Positions 37,880 through 50,991 of a DNA stretch of 64,000 bases are shown in pieces (position 1 is the first letter of the stretch; every line of letters begins with the position of its first letter). The notes below the pieces were generated by a model. The model was given only the letters and a program-made list of their open reading frames with translations, had not been told where the DNA came from and searched no databases. Location of the stretch: assembly GCA_028534125.1 (NCBI GenBank), contig CM052818.1, forward strand, positions 23,934,001 through 23,998,000, in the 5' to 3' direction. This stretch comes from Lama glama. Lineage: Eukaryota. Made by a program: the position numbers and the translations under genes.

Positions 37880-40650
37880 TTATAGTAATTTTAAATTAAG
37901 TTTATATATTCAATATTTTAAATATATCAGTATATAATCTTTAACATGACTCAAAATATTTAAAAATATGAAAGTAGAAAGAGAAATAGCTCCTGCTTAA
38001 CTCTGTCCTCTACTTTTCCTTTTTTCACAACTTCCATTCTACAAACACTAGTTAATCTCTCCTATAGCCTTCCATAGCTGATAGACAGAGCTACACAAAT
38101 GTTAACATATATTTGCTCAGTTTTCCTTATTATACAAATTTTAGATTATTGTACACACTGCTCTGTACATTCTTTAAAATTTGAAAACACAGTTTGGAAA
38201 ATTTTCCAAATTGGTGCTTAGAGAACTAGTCATTATTTTTTTAAGCCTCGTAGTATTCCACTGTAATAATGTAGCATAATTTGTTCAACCAGTTCTCTAT
38301 TAATATTTATTTTTTCTACTATTTACTTTAACGTGACAATGAATATTCTGAACATGTGTCATTTCATCCTTGTGCAAATACTAATGGACTTGCTACAGCA
38401 AAGAACAGTGTATTTTAGCAGATATTGCCAAGTTTCCTTCCATAAGGTTTGTACCATTTTACACTCCCACCAGTGATTTATGAAAGTACTTTATGCTTTG
38501 CCAGAGTGTGTTATCAACTTCTAATTTTTGCCAATTTGTTACATAAAAATGGCATCTCATTGGAATTTTAATTACTCTTCTCTGTAAGATTGAGAGTAGA
38601 ATTAAATTTATTCACTGAATAAATATTTATTGAATCCCTACTATGTGTCAGCCTTATGCTAGGTGATGGGAACATAAAAGTGAGCTGAACAGAAAAAAAT
38701 AATACATGTACAGTAAATTACATAGTATATTACATGTAATATAAATTAAATGTAATTATATAGTATAGCATTAGATGGTGATAATTGTTATGAAGAAATA
38801 AAAAAGGAATAAGGTGAAGCGAGAATGAGAGTCAATATAAGCTTTACTGACTGAGTTACACTGGGGCAAAAACTTGATGATGAGGGAGCAGCCAAAGCAG
38901 GTATCTGGGGGAAGTGAGTTCCAGGCAGAGGGAACAGCCAGTGCAAAATCTCAAGATGGGAGAATATCTGGCATTATGGGGGAATAACAAGTTCAGTGGG
39001 ACTGAAGAACAGACGAAGGGAGAGTGTAGAAGTGGTTAGAGAGATAATGAGAAGCCAAAATGAACAGGGCTTTATAGACAATGGGAAAGACTTTAACTTT
39101 CATTCTGGATGAAATGAAAAGCCACTGAGGAAGTCAAGTAAAAGAACACAAGGAACATTTTAAATGGATCACTGCAGCTGTTAATAAGATTAAACCACAC
39201 AGAGCATGGATGGATCCAGGAGGACCAGGTAGAAAGCAAATGTAGCAATCCTATCAAGAGATGATGGCAGCTTGGTCCAGGGTGGTAATGATAGAACTGG
39301 GTTGTTAGATCCTGGATATATTTTTGAGATATAGCAAACAAGACTTCCTGAAAAATTGGATACATAATGTAAAGAAAATAAAGAAGGGAATGATTTCTCC
39401 AAGTTTTCTGGCTTGAGCAACTGGAAGGATGAAATTGCTTTTACCTGGATTATTTTTAAGATCTAATTGTATTTCTTTTTTTAACTGAACTCTATTCTTT
39501 GTTTATTTTTCTATTGTGATTCTGCTCTTAATATTTTTCTAGATCATCTACCAGCCTATCTGTCTGGAAAATTATCCCTCCATAGGTACTGGATTCAAAC
39601 TTTATTATGCCAATGTATACTTTTCTTTGATCATGTTATTTCTGAGGTGTTTTGGTTTTCTTCTGTTTGTTCATTTTAAGGCATACAGATTTTTTAAATT
39701 ACTTGAATGTATCCATTTTAATGTCTCCTGAATTTTCAGTCAAAATTAAATGTATTATTCTTGCCCCAAGGTTAGGAATATATTATCTTATGGTCTCATT
39801 TTATGGTTTTATTTTTTTACACTTGCATTTTTAATCCACTGGAAATCCATCTGGTAAAGGATGGAAAGTATAAATCTATGTCTAGATGACCATCCAGTTG
39901 TCTACGACCATTTATTAAATTATCTTTTCTTCATTGATTACATACACTGCCTCTCATAACTTAGATTCCTAAACACACTCGAGTCTAATTCTGGCATTTC
40001 TACTCTATTCCTTCACTCTTCATGTCTGTTCATGAGACATGACCATATGTTCTTAATTCATCTAGAATTAGTAATTATTTTAATACATTGTAGGACTAAG
40101 CTCATTTCTCTGATCCTCACTTTCACAATTTCCTGGCTATATATGTTATCTTCCCATTTGATCTTTAGAAGCACCTTGATTACTTGTTAAAACTCTTAAT
40201 TAGCTCAGAGAATATTAGCATCTTTATTTTTTAAGACTTCCTATCAGAACATAATTTATATTTGCATTTGTTTCAGCTTCCCTTTTTTGTTTTTGGGGGG
40301 TATATTAAAAATTCACCCATATGGGTCTTGTGCTTTTCTTGTTCTGTTGTTACAGTAAATGGGAGTTTTGTTCTTTACCGTACATCATCTGAGTGGTTTT
40401 GTTTTACATATACAGATGGGGTTGATGTCTGTATATTGATTTTATACTCTATTACTTACTGAATTTTCACATTGTTTGTATGGTTTTTCAATAGGTTCTA
40501 TGGTGAGTTTCAGTTTTATAATAATTTCAAGTGCCAAGTGATAGTTTCAGCTCCTCCTATCCTAATTTATGTCTAATTAATTAGCTAATAAAAAACACAA
40601 CAGTTATCAGAGTGAGCAGCCCCTGTCGCCTCCTGATTCCATGTTATAGA
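37880..40650 (-). mobile_element. Old L1ME-like element (3'UTR and ORF2 relic), interrupted by an L2
   Basis: GTACCATTTTACACTCCCACCAG, AAAATGGCATCTCATTG before the gap; resumes ~39450 with TTGTATTTCTT, TTTAATCCACTGG, CCATTTATTAAAT. Confidence 0.7.
38600..39445 (-). mobile_element. L2a-like 3' end
   Basis: AATAAATATTTATTGAATCCCTACTATGTGTCAG; TTCCAGGCAGAGGGAACAGCCAGTGCAAA; TTGAGCAACTGGAAGGATG. Confidence 0.85.
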
Positions 40651-42860
40651 AAGATGGGGCATTATGCAGCTGTACAGCATTGAGGAATATTCTGTCCAAA
40701 AATTCTTCACAATAATTACTCTTTGTTCACTGCTTTCCTTCTAGACTTTAAGTTTCTCAAAAGCTGTATTCTGTTCACATTTTAATATTGTATCTCCAGA
40801 CACCTAGGATATGTTAATCAACAATAAATATACATTAAATGAATGATTAGACAAAGATTATACATCCCTGCTTGAAGAACAGTAACAGGTAAACATCTTT
40901 TTGTCTCTACATGTAATTGCTTCTTAGTTTGAGACAGTGCTGTCATAGGCATTGCAAAGGGTTCAGGGTTCAGCAAGTCTCTCCCCTTCACCCTCTGGTG
41001 ATGTGATTTGGGGGATACGTCTTAATCTGTCTAACACTCAATTTGTGAAATGCAAATACTGTATCATCAAGAGATCCTCCGAAGAACAAACAAGATACTG
41101 CAAACAGAACGATGATTACCAAATGAGGATTTTTTCCCCCTTCTCTTTAAACACACCCTCTTCAGGGGAATACTGATAGCATGCAATAGCACTCTGTTCC
41201 ATTTCCCTGCAGGCATTCATTGCTGGACTTCTGTCAGCATTGAAGTAAACTCACCCCCTGTCTCTCATCCTTTCTTGTGGGAATAGATTTTCCATCCTCC
41301 TCTTCTGAGTATGCAGTGGAGAGCTCTCCTCTAATGCATCACTTCGTACACATTGAACTCAAATGTCTATACATTCTCCATGCTTTTCATTTGAGGACAC
41401 TATTAATAATAAATCTCGCCTTACAAATAACTATTTCACTGTGATTCATTTAGCCTGAACACTGCCCTTTGGGGTCTAAAGAGGAATCTCATGACAAAGA
41501 AGCCCCTTCTGTACTCATTTGTTGAGGAAAAGATGGGTGATTAATATGGAAAAAAGAGAAAGAGTATCTTGACTTGGAGGCAGTGCTGTCAGTGACAGAT
41601 ATTTCAATTTCCTAAAGCATTTCTTTTTCATTTCAATAAAGACTAAAACAGAACTAAGGAAAACCCATGCTCATGAAACCGTATTTCAACAGGCTGACCT
41701 TGGGGAGATGACATCTCATCCTGCAGGGCCCTTTCTCATCCAGCTTCGCATTCAGTTCTGATCCACAGGTTAACAGACATGGTAATTAATTCTTCATAGG
41801 AGGCATTCCAACCTACTGCTAACAATTACTCTCTGAGAATTGGAAATAGCAGCCCCACTACCATCTTTCAGAGACTGAACATAAAGCTGAATTGATTTAA
41901 AAGAAGCCTGACTACATGAAAGTCTAAGAAATATAACATGGTCATCATTCCTCTCTGCAAATTGCTGATTGTTCACTGAAACTTGCCGGGGGTGGGAGGT
42001 GACGTTTCCAGGCTGCAGTAATCAGGGTAGAATGCTTCGGAGAAACTACTGGAAAGCTATGATGAAAGGCCAGAAGCATTGTGGCTTTATTAGGAAAATG
42101 CCAAATAGTGCTAACAGTGTCTGGAAAATAAGATTACAGCTTTTATTCTGGGCTCCAGAGGGAGAAAATGGCCAATTAAAACCGTCAGTACTAGGAGTAC
42201 CATGCTGGGCGTTCAGTTAAAAAATATACCCACAGATTATGTTATCATTCAGCACACGGCCCCTCAACCAGCATGATGTCCTAATAACCACAGTGGTGCA
42301 GGGAGGAGGGGGCACAATTTTTTTCTTTTTGAAAAGTGATCCATCTATAGTGTGAGTCAGAGTCGAGAATTTTTATTTTAATACTTTTATGTTTTTTATA
42401 TTAAGTGTATTTTATATGAAAGCAAATCAGCCAGGAGGAAATTGTGAAAATAAATAAAAGAGGGTGTATAGGATGGAAAACGGGAAAGGAGGCAGCGATG
42501 GAGGGAGGGAGGGAAAGAGACAGGAAGGAATATTTCAAGTAGGAAATGCCTGTGGTGACGTTTCATCATCTTTCATTTTAAGCAAGGATAAGTGGCTTTT
42601 TCTTTGAGTGTCTCCCATATAATCATTTGCAAAAATGTCAAAACTCTCCCTACCATTATTTGACCTTTAGGGAAGCTTAATGAAGAACTTAACACAGTTT
42701 TCTTTCTACATATTTCTTTCTGTTTTTCTGTGCCTTACATGAGGAAGGCTGGTTACACGAGAAAAGATAATAAAGGAGTTTAATATAAGAGGGTGGTTTC
42801 TGTCCCAGGCAAGTGAATGAGCTCTCTTTTTTTTCTGTTGCTTCATAAGAAAATTTCATT

Positions 42861-44862
42861 GTAGGAAGACCCAGAGCTCACCTCCTTTCATGAGCACACC
42901 AACATTACAACAACTATTTACCAAGCAACTCTCAGTGAAACAGACTGGAAGCTATCAGAAAAGATCTTCTACAACTAGGGATATAAAGAAGGAACCATAA
43001 CGAGAGGGGCAGCGGGAACGACGTCGCAGTATAGCCAAGATCCACTCTCCCAGGTTGGTGACCCATAGACAGGGCAACAGTCACAACTACAGAGCCTCTC
43101 CCAGGAGGTGAGCGGTCTGAGCTCCATGTTGAGCTCCCCAGCCCAGGAACCCAGCCCTGGGAAAACAGGCCCCCAGAATATTTGGCTTTGAAGCTCAGTG
43201 GGGCTGACCTCAGGGAGACCCTGTGGGTCTCCGCCTTCCCCAGGACAACCACAGCCCCTCAGCCTGCTGTGGCAGGACCCGGCCCACCCACCAGCAAGTC
43301 AATGCCAACTCTGAGACACCTTGGGCCCCTTAGCCTCCCCAGATCCAGCCCCGTTCACCAGCAGGCTGGCCTAAGCTTCAAGACACCTTGGACCCTGTGG
43401 CCAGCTGTGTCAGGAACTAGCCCCATTCATCAGAAATCTAACACCTGCTCAGGGACCTCTGGGCCCTTAAGCCACATCCCAGCAGCCAGCTTCATCTGCC
43501 AATGGGCCAGAATCAGCCCCAGGACCTCCTCCACCCACCAGTGGGTGGGTACCAGGTGTGTAAACAGGACAGTTACAGGAAAAAGAATGAAACTAGAACA
43601 TTTTCTCATAACATATACAAAAATAAATTCAAAATGGATTAAAAACCTAAATGTAAGACTGGGAATCATAAAACACCTAGAAGAATACATAGGCACAACA
43701 TTCTTTGACATAAAATTGTAGCAATATTTTTTTTTGATCTTTCTCTAAGGCAAAGGAAACAAAAGAAAAAATAAACAAATGGTATCTAAAAAACTTAAGG
43801 TTTCCTCTGCATAGCAAAGGAAACCATCAGTGAAAAAAAAAAGACATCCTACTGAATGGGAGAAAATATTTGCAAATGATATGAACTATAAAGTAGTAAT
43901 ACCCAAAATTTATAAACAGCTTATTTAATGCAATATCAAAAAAAAAATCCAACTAAATTAAAAAAGGACAGAAGATCTGAATAGACATTTTTCCAAAGAA
44001 GACACACAGATGGTCAACAGGCACATGAAAAAATGTTCAACACTGCTGATCATCAGGGAAATGCAAATCAAAACCACAATGAGATATCACCTCACAGTTG
44101 TCAGAATGGCTATGATCAAAAAGAACGCAAATAACAAATGTTGGCAAGGATGTGAAGAAAAGGGAACCTCACACCTTGTTGGTGGTAATGCAAATTGGTG
44201 CAGCCACTGTAGAAAATACTATGGAAGTTTCTCAAAAAATTAAAAATAGAACTACCATATGACCCAGCAATTCTACTCTTGGGTATACATCCAAAAGACA
44301 AAAACAAAAATACTAACTCAAAAAGATACATGTACCCCAATGTTCACAGGAGCATTTACAATTGCCAAAGTAAGGAAGCATCCTAAGTATCCATCAATAG
44401 ATAAAGAAGATGTGGTACATACGTACAATGAAATATTACCCAGCCATAAAAAGAATAAAATTTTGCCATTTGTAACAACTTGGATAGATCTGGAGAATAT
44501 TACAGTAAAAGAAGTCAGGCAGAGAGGGACAAATATTGTATCATACCACTTATATGTGGGATCTAAAAATTACAACAAACTAGTGAATATAACAAAAAAA
44601 AAAAAAGCAGACTCACCGGTATAGAGTACAAACTAGTGGTTACCAGTGGGAAGAGGAAAAAGCGGAGGGGCAATGAATAGGAAGGGGATAAAGAGGTACA
44701 AACTGTTACATATAAAATAAGCTATAAGGATATATTGTACAAAATAGGGAATATAGCCATTATTTTACAACTATAAATGGAGTAAAATCTTTCAACATTG
44801 TGAACCACTATATTGTGCACTCGTAACATATACAATATTGTACATCAACTGTAACAAAAAAC
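42861..44862 (+). mobile_element. Internally deleted L1: 5'UTR joined to ORF2 C-terminus and 3'UTR
   Basis: GTAGGAAGACCCAGAGCTCACCTCC (near the L1 5' start) and GC-rich UTR to ~43555, then [21 protein letters not shown] and [29 protein letters not shown], then the 3'UTR. Confidence 0.88.
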
Positions 44863-44879
44863 CAAATAATCCTTCCTGA

Positions 44880-46330
44880 AGTACATCTGTAAAACACCCA
44901 TTTTCAAAATATGCATTGGTAATAAATTCTCTTAGATTTTGTGTTTTTGAAAATTTATTTGGTTTGCCTTCAGTCTTAACTTACTTTCTCTGAGTATCTG
45001 ATTTTCAGTTAACCGTTGTCTTCTTTCATTACTTTAAAGACATCATGCTAAAGTTCGCTAATTACGGTAATTGTCTTTGAGAATTCACCTGTTAGTTTAA
45101 TTAACATTTTTAGTTACTTTTAAATACTTTCTTTTTATCTCTGTCAATCTGCCATTTCAATTTTTTTTAAGTATCTTAAAAAAAAAAGAACCTGTCTTGG
45201 GGTTTTAGGGGCTTCCAGAGAGTGAGAGTAAGTTTCTAACAACCATTCTGGATACTTCTCAATATTGTCTTTCTGAGTATTTAAACTTCATCTTTTCAAA
45301 TTCTGATTAAGTAATGTGTAACTTTTATTTTATCTTCATGGTTTTAATCTTTCTTTGATACCTTTCCTCTTTTTTTTTTATTCTGTGCTGTATTTTGGTA
45401 AGGTATGTACCTCTACCTTCCAAATCACCAGTTCTCTCTTTAGCTTAGTGTATTCTGCCATTTATCTCATCCATTGAGCTTATAATTCACATGATTATGT
45501 TTGATTTCCAGGCATTCTGACATTTTCTTTTTTAATTTTCCTTGTTTAAAACTATTTTCTACTTGCTTAATCAAAATTTTAATACATTTTGGATTAAAGC
45601 CATTAAGCATGTTATTTTTCTCTCAGCATCTGAAAACTCAAGTGTCTACAGACTCTGTCAGTATGACTGGCTGTTTGTTTTTCTGCTCAGTGTTACTCAG
45701 GATGATTTGTTTGCTCAGAAGTTTTGTGTTTTTCAAATTGAAATCATGTTTTCTGAAACTTTTATCCTGGGAACACTTGAGGTCTGGAATGAAGTCTAGA
45801 TGTGTTTTTCCAGAGAGCATATGCCTTTTGCTTCTCCCAGGCATATTCTAGACCATTATAAACTGAAAAGTTTGCTAAGGTTTTAAGGCTAACAAGCTAG
45901 TAGAATTCAGGCCTTAACCTTTCATGTGAGTAGGCTATGTAGATGCTGGGATATATTCTTTATTTTATTCCTCCCAGATCCAAGGTTGAGAATGAAATAT
46001 ATTCTCAGTGTGTTTGAGATCCAGTTCTACTAATTAACTCACTGTAGTTGTTATTTACATGGAAGCTCTTCCTCTTACCCTAGTTTTATATTGGGTTTTC
46101 TTATCTAAGCTCCCAACCTTCTCAGGCTGCCTTCATGAGTTTAGAAAGTTAAAACCAGATTAATTTTCCCCTTCATGAGCTTAGAAATTTAAAACAAAAT
46201 TCAGCAGAGATTGGGAGGTGCCTCCAGGGCACACTTCAAACTAAAATCCTTATTTTCCTGTCCGGATTTGAGTCTTCTTTTTATGTACAGTCTGTGGTGA
46301 TTCCTTTCTATTTCTTCTGACTCAGCTATA
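44880..46330 (-). mobile_element. Ancient L1M 5'/ORF1-region relic
   Basis: T-rich antisense L1 pattern (TTCTTTCATTACTTTAAAGACATCAT, CTACCTTCCAAATCACCAGTTCTCTCTTTAGCT, CATCCATTGAG). Confidence 0.55.
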
Positions 46331-46629
46331 GATTAAAATATAAACACAAACCAGAAATACAGGGAGAATTTTCCAGACACATAGTCTGCCATGTAAATGG
46401 AAACATAAGAATACTTGAACTTTATTAAGCAGCTATATTCTGCAATCATCTTTACACCTAGAAATTTAGGAAATGAATCAGAAATCTGCAAGCATGATTT
46501 TTTTTTCACTTCTGACATAAAATTTAATATTATGGAAATAATGATCTTAGTTTGAGCAATGTTTTTTCAGTTATGGTGATTAATTTTATCTATCTTTGTT
46601 TATCTAGTAACCTTTGTTAACAATAGCAC

Positions 46630-47450
46630 TTTTTAAAAAAATTATTGAGTTGTAATTTACAAACAAGAGCATATTCAGATGTATTTAGACAAGCACACAC
46701 CTATATAAGCACTATCACAACAACAATTAAGAACATTTCCATCATCACAGCAAGATACCAGGATGCTTGTTAAATCTGAATTTCAAAAAATTAGTGTCTC
46801 CCATGCAATATTTGAGACAAAGTCAAAAAATCCATTTTTAATCTGAAATTCAGATTTAACTGGGTATCCTGAAGTTTTTTTTTTCTTCCTTCCTTCCTTC
46901 CTTCCTTTCTTTTTTCTCCCCCTAAATCTTGCAACCCTACTTGTGTCCTTCCTAATCAATCTCTTTCCCCATGTCACAAACCCAGGTTAACTCTAATCTG
47001 CTTTCTGTCAATATATATTAGAATTGTCTCTTTTAGAGAGTCATATTCATGGAATCTCATGGCATGTTGCCTTTTGTGTTTGGATTCTTTCACTCAGCAC
47101 AATGTTTTGGCAATTCATCCATGTTTTGTGTGTATTAGTAGTTTCCATCTATTTATGACTGAATTGTATTTCATTGTATGAATATACCATAATTGAGCTA
47201 TTCAGCTGTTGATGAATATTTGGATTGTCTCCAGGTTTTAGCTATAATGAATAGAGCTGCAATGAATATTCATACACCAGCTCATCAAATGGATACATAA
47301 TTTCATTTTTCTTGGGAGTTTTATGGTAAGGTTATATTTAATTTATTTTAACTTCAAAACTATTTTCCAAAGTGGGTATCTTATTTTACATTACAACCAA
47401 TAGTGTATGAGAGTCCCAGCTGATCCACGTCACTGACAACAATTGATATT
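46630..47450 (-). mobile_element. Old L1M (L1MD/ME-like) 3' end
   Basis: TTCTTTCACTCAGCACAATGTTTT...ATTCATCCATGTT; TTTGGATTGTCTCCAGGTTTTAGCTATAATGAATAGAGCTGC. Confidence 0.8.
46749..46938. mobile_element. MER53-like palindromic MITE inserted in the L1M
   Basis: CAGGATGCTTGTTAAATCTGAATTTCA...CCCATGCAATATTTGAGACA...TGAAATTCAGATTTAACTGGGTATCCTG...CTAAATCTTGCAACCCT. Confidence 0.8.
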
Positions 47451-48264
47451 ACCTCCAGTAAAATCCTTCTACCAAGTATGGTGTAGAGAAAGACATACAA
47501 AGGAAGATAAAGAAAAGTAAAGAAGGCTAGATGGCTTTTCATAGAAAATAAATGCACATCCTGGAGCAGATGTATTATCCACTGATGCCGAACCCAGTTT
47601 TCTTGGTTTATCGGTAAACATTTCCTAATTCCAAGACTCTTAAGATACAGGATTAACATTTTTTCTCTCTCTTTAGGGCCTGAACTGGTCCACAGAAATG
47701 TGTCTCCAGTCAATATCTGACTTGTTACGTGGATTACATTTGATTTGGCATCCTGGACATCTCTGTTTTCCCAATTAGATCATCTCTCTTATTTTGGGCT
47801 GCTTAAAAGGTTAAAAATCAAATTAAAACTTGTTTAATTAATTTAGGTTGGTTCCAGTAGTCATCTATGTATTAAAGTGAGCCAGGGCAATCATATTAGT
47901 ACTATTTATAATTCCAGGCCATTGCATGACAGAATGAAGACAAGATATAATTTAATCTATCTCAGTTTGAGAAAACCAAGCTCCAATCTTGGCTTTTGTT
48001 CAAATAAAAAATTGAAGCAAAAAAAATTATCGTTTAAAAGTGAAGTTCTGTCTGCACAAATATTGAAGATTTTGAATTAACTGTGACGTGTAGCTGGGTG
48101 TTTACTTGTATACTTCTAATCCTCAGACTAAAATGACATTCTAGACATAATAACCCAGAACACAATAGGATTAGCAGGTCGTCTCTGATGATAACTGTCA
48201 CAGATGTTTAAGACTAATGGTTAAGGACATGAATCCTCCTTGCAGAATCATAAGTGAGTCTGAG

Positions 48265-48470
48265 TGGACGGCGGAGAACACTACACTGAGATTAAAAACC
48301 TGAATCTAAATAATCTGTGATGCTTCAAGCAAGTATTTTACCTCTCCACGTTTTAGTTTCCCTTTTGAATAACAGGACTAAATCGGGACTGTTTGTTCGG
48401 ACTAAATTAGGTAAACTGTGAAAGTAGCTAGCGCAGCACCTGGTAAATGGTATTAATTCAGCTACTATTA
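48265..48470 (+). mobile_element. MIR SINE
   Basis: CAAGTATTTTACCTCTCC...AGTTTCC...TAGCGCAGCACCTGG...AGCTACTATTA. Confidence 0.6.
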
Positions 48471-49899
48471 ATATCTGAATGTGAATCTGAAGCTTCCACT
48501 GGCATTATCATGCTGCCTAAAAGACCCCATTATAAGTTTTTAAAGTGTGTCCTTAAGAATGAGTGTAAAGTGAGCAACAAAGCACTGAAGTCTTAAAATA
48601 GGGAAAGATAAAAATGCCTTGATCTCCTATTTTTAATATAATCTTAGGCCTCCATTAAATATGTGTAGGTAGCATCTAGCCGTTCTTCAAGCACATATCA
48701 CAACAACAGTGCTGGTTTTGTTAAAAGAATAAATATCAAGAATGCTTTGGCCGTTGAAGCAAGATTTATAATGCAGGCACATTTCATAAGAAGATGATGC
48801 CTATCATTGAAAAACGTTTTATGAAGTCCTACACCATTCCAAGAACTGCCTCCAATACCCCTTAGATATTATTTACAAATTTAGGTGAAAACTGTCCCTC
48901 AAGACTTAATGATTAACTAATAGATACTCTAACAAAATTGCTGGTAGTACATCATGGACAATGGAGATAAATCGTAGTACTAGACGTCATAACAGTATCC
49001 GAAAGGAGCATATGACAGGGTTACTCATAGGCGAAGGATGACTGGAGATGCTGGGGAACAATCTTCAGTAACTAAATAGAATCTTTTCTTACACAGGGGT
49101 TAGGGTAGAAATAGATAAAGAACAGACTCGAGGACAGAGGAGGATCAGTAGTCCTGGCCCATACCTAGAAAAAGTGGGGCTTCTCCATAACTGGGACCTG
49201 TCCTATGCCACTTTTACCCTAGGATAAAACTGAAAGCATTTCTTTTGGACATTCTATACAGAAATGATAAAAGACAAAGAATCAGTATTACTATCTACTT
49301 TGATTTTTTCTTTAAAATACTATTTCCAAACCATCAGCTTTCCTGGCCAGAATACTTCACTTTCCACAAATTCTTTGCCCTTATACATTTTAAGGTAGCT
49401 GTTCCTACATACACTTTTAAGTCATAGTTAATGGTAAATTAATCTGTGCATTAACAACTATTTGACGGTTGACTACTGATGAACAATTTCAGTTATTAGT
49501 TATTCCTTATCTGGTACAGACACCAGGCACTTTTTTTTTTTTTACTATTCCATTCATTATGAGGTATCATTTGCCCTCTTAGTCTGTCAGACTTCCCTAT
49601 ATATGACAAATTAGTTATTTTTAATCACTATTTATGATAAATTAGAATTAGTTCATTTGTACAAATTAGAGGGAAGGAAGGTTCAATGGAATTTTCAATT
49701 TCCAAAACTGATTTTGAAGCTGAATTATCTTAAAATGCACAGGTAGTTTATATTGACTTATATTTAACTTCAAAGTTCAGATACAAAACAGAATGGCCCA
49801 ATAATCTATTTACAGGATTACAACCTGATATTCTACAAATACAATTTTTGGCTTTACTATCAAATGCTAAAGACCTCAAGTCTTGAGAGTTATAAAATT

Positions 49900-50092
49900 A
49901 TGATTTGTCATCAACTCCCCAGGAGTATGTAATACAAGATCTATAAGTAGAGAAGCTTCAAGATATTCTTTTAGAAACATTCTAAATTCAGCAATTTCTC
50001 ACTAAGTCCCCTGTTATGAGCCATGCTTAGTGCATGATCATCTTGTGCTGGACTACAATGTTTCCTAACTGGCCCACCTTTACACCACCACC

Positions 50093-50132
<40 letters not shown>

Positions 50133-50500
50133 CACACCCCCTCCCCTCACATAGTTATACTCCATATAGCAGCCAAGGTGATTCTTTTATAATTGAAGCC
50201 AGACTGAATTTCCTCCATTACCTTCCCACCTCAATCAGTAAGAAATCAGTCTTTTCAGCAGCCTGTAAGCCTCTAACTGATCGTATTTCTTGCTATAACT
50301 CTCTCCTCCTGCTCATATTAATTTCTCCTTCATTCATTTTTCTGCAGCCACGCTGGCCTTTGTGCAATTTCTTGACCAGGTTGAGCACCTCTACTTCAGT
50401 GCATCTGTGCTTTCTGCTTCCTCTAATTGGAATGTTCCTCCCCCAGATAGCTGCATAGTTCTCTCTCTTACTTCCTTTAGATCACTACTCAAGTGTTACC
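49900..50500 (+). mobile_element. L2 fragment containing an (AC)n repeat
   Basis: CTGGACTACAATG...CCTAACTGG; CTCCATATAGCAGCCAAGGTGAT; CAGCCACGCTGGCCTT; TGGAATGTTCCTCCCCCAGATA. Confidence 0.7.
50094..50129. repeat. (AC)18 microsatellite
   Basis: Uninterrupted AC run. Confidence 0.95.
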
Positions 50501-50504
50501 CTTG

Positions 50505-50991
50505 AAGAAGATATTAACTGAAGCCTTAAAGCCGTCTGGTCTTTAATAAGGCTCCCAGGAAGGGCTTGTAGAAAAACATAAAATGTTACTGGGACTTGAG
50601 GAAAGGGGATCCTTGCTCTGTGATGGCAGCCATTTTTAGCAGCATCGTTGCCTACAGTAACTGGGTGATCTAGCTGAGATTTCCAAGCCAATGTTGAGCG
50701 TGTTGCCTGATTTCTCTTGCTGCTTATAGTAAAATGCAAGAGAGAGAGAAACCAAAGCCTCCTGCCAACAACCACGAGAACGAGTGTCAAAGGGCATTCT
50801 CCAAACCCATTCGAGACTTCAGAGGCAGCTTGATGGCAATCTCATGGGAAACCCCGACCTAGACTCACACAACTAAGCCACTCTGAAATTTCTGATCTTC
50901 ACAGCCTCTGCAAGGTAATAAATCTTTGTTGTTTTAAGATGCTAAATTTTGAGTCAATTTACTCATTACAAAGCAATGGATAACTAATACA
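50505..50991 (+). mobile_element. MaLR: MLT1-int fragment joined to an MLT1(E/F)-like LTR 3' part
   Basis: TTTCTCTTGCTGCTTATAGTAAAATGCAAGAG (MaLR internal), then CCTGCCAACAACCACG...AATAAATCTTTGTTGTTTTAAG...GCAATGGATAACTAATACA. Confidence 0.8.

Noticed and set aside
47677..47778. Strong plus-strand acceptor followed by a short ORF (GLNWSTEMCLQ...)
   Set aside because: Isolated motif with an unrecognisable peptide; expected by chance
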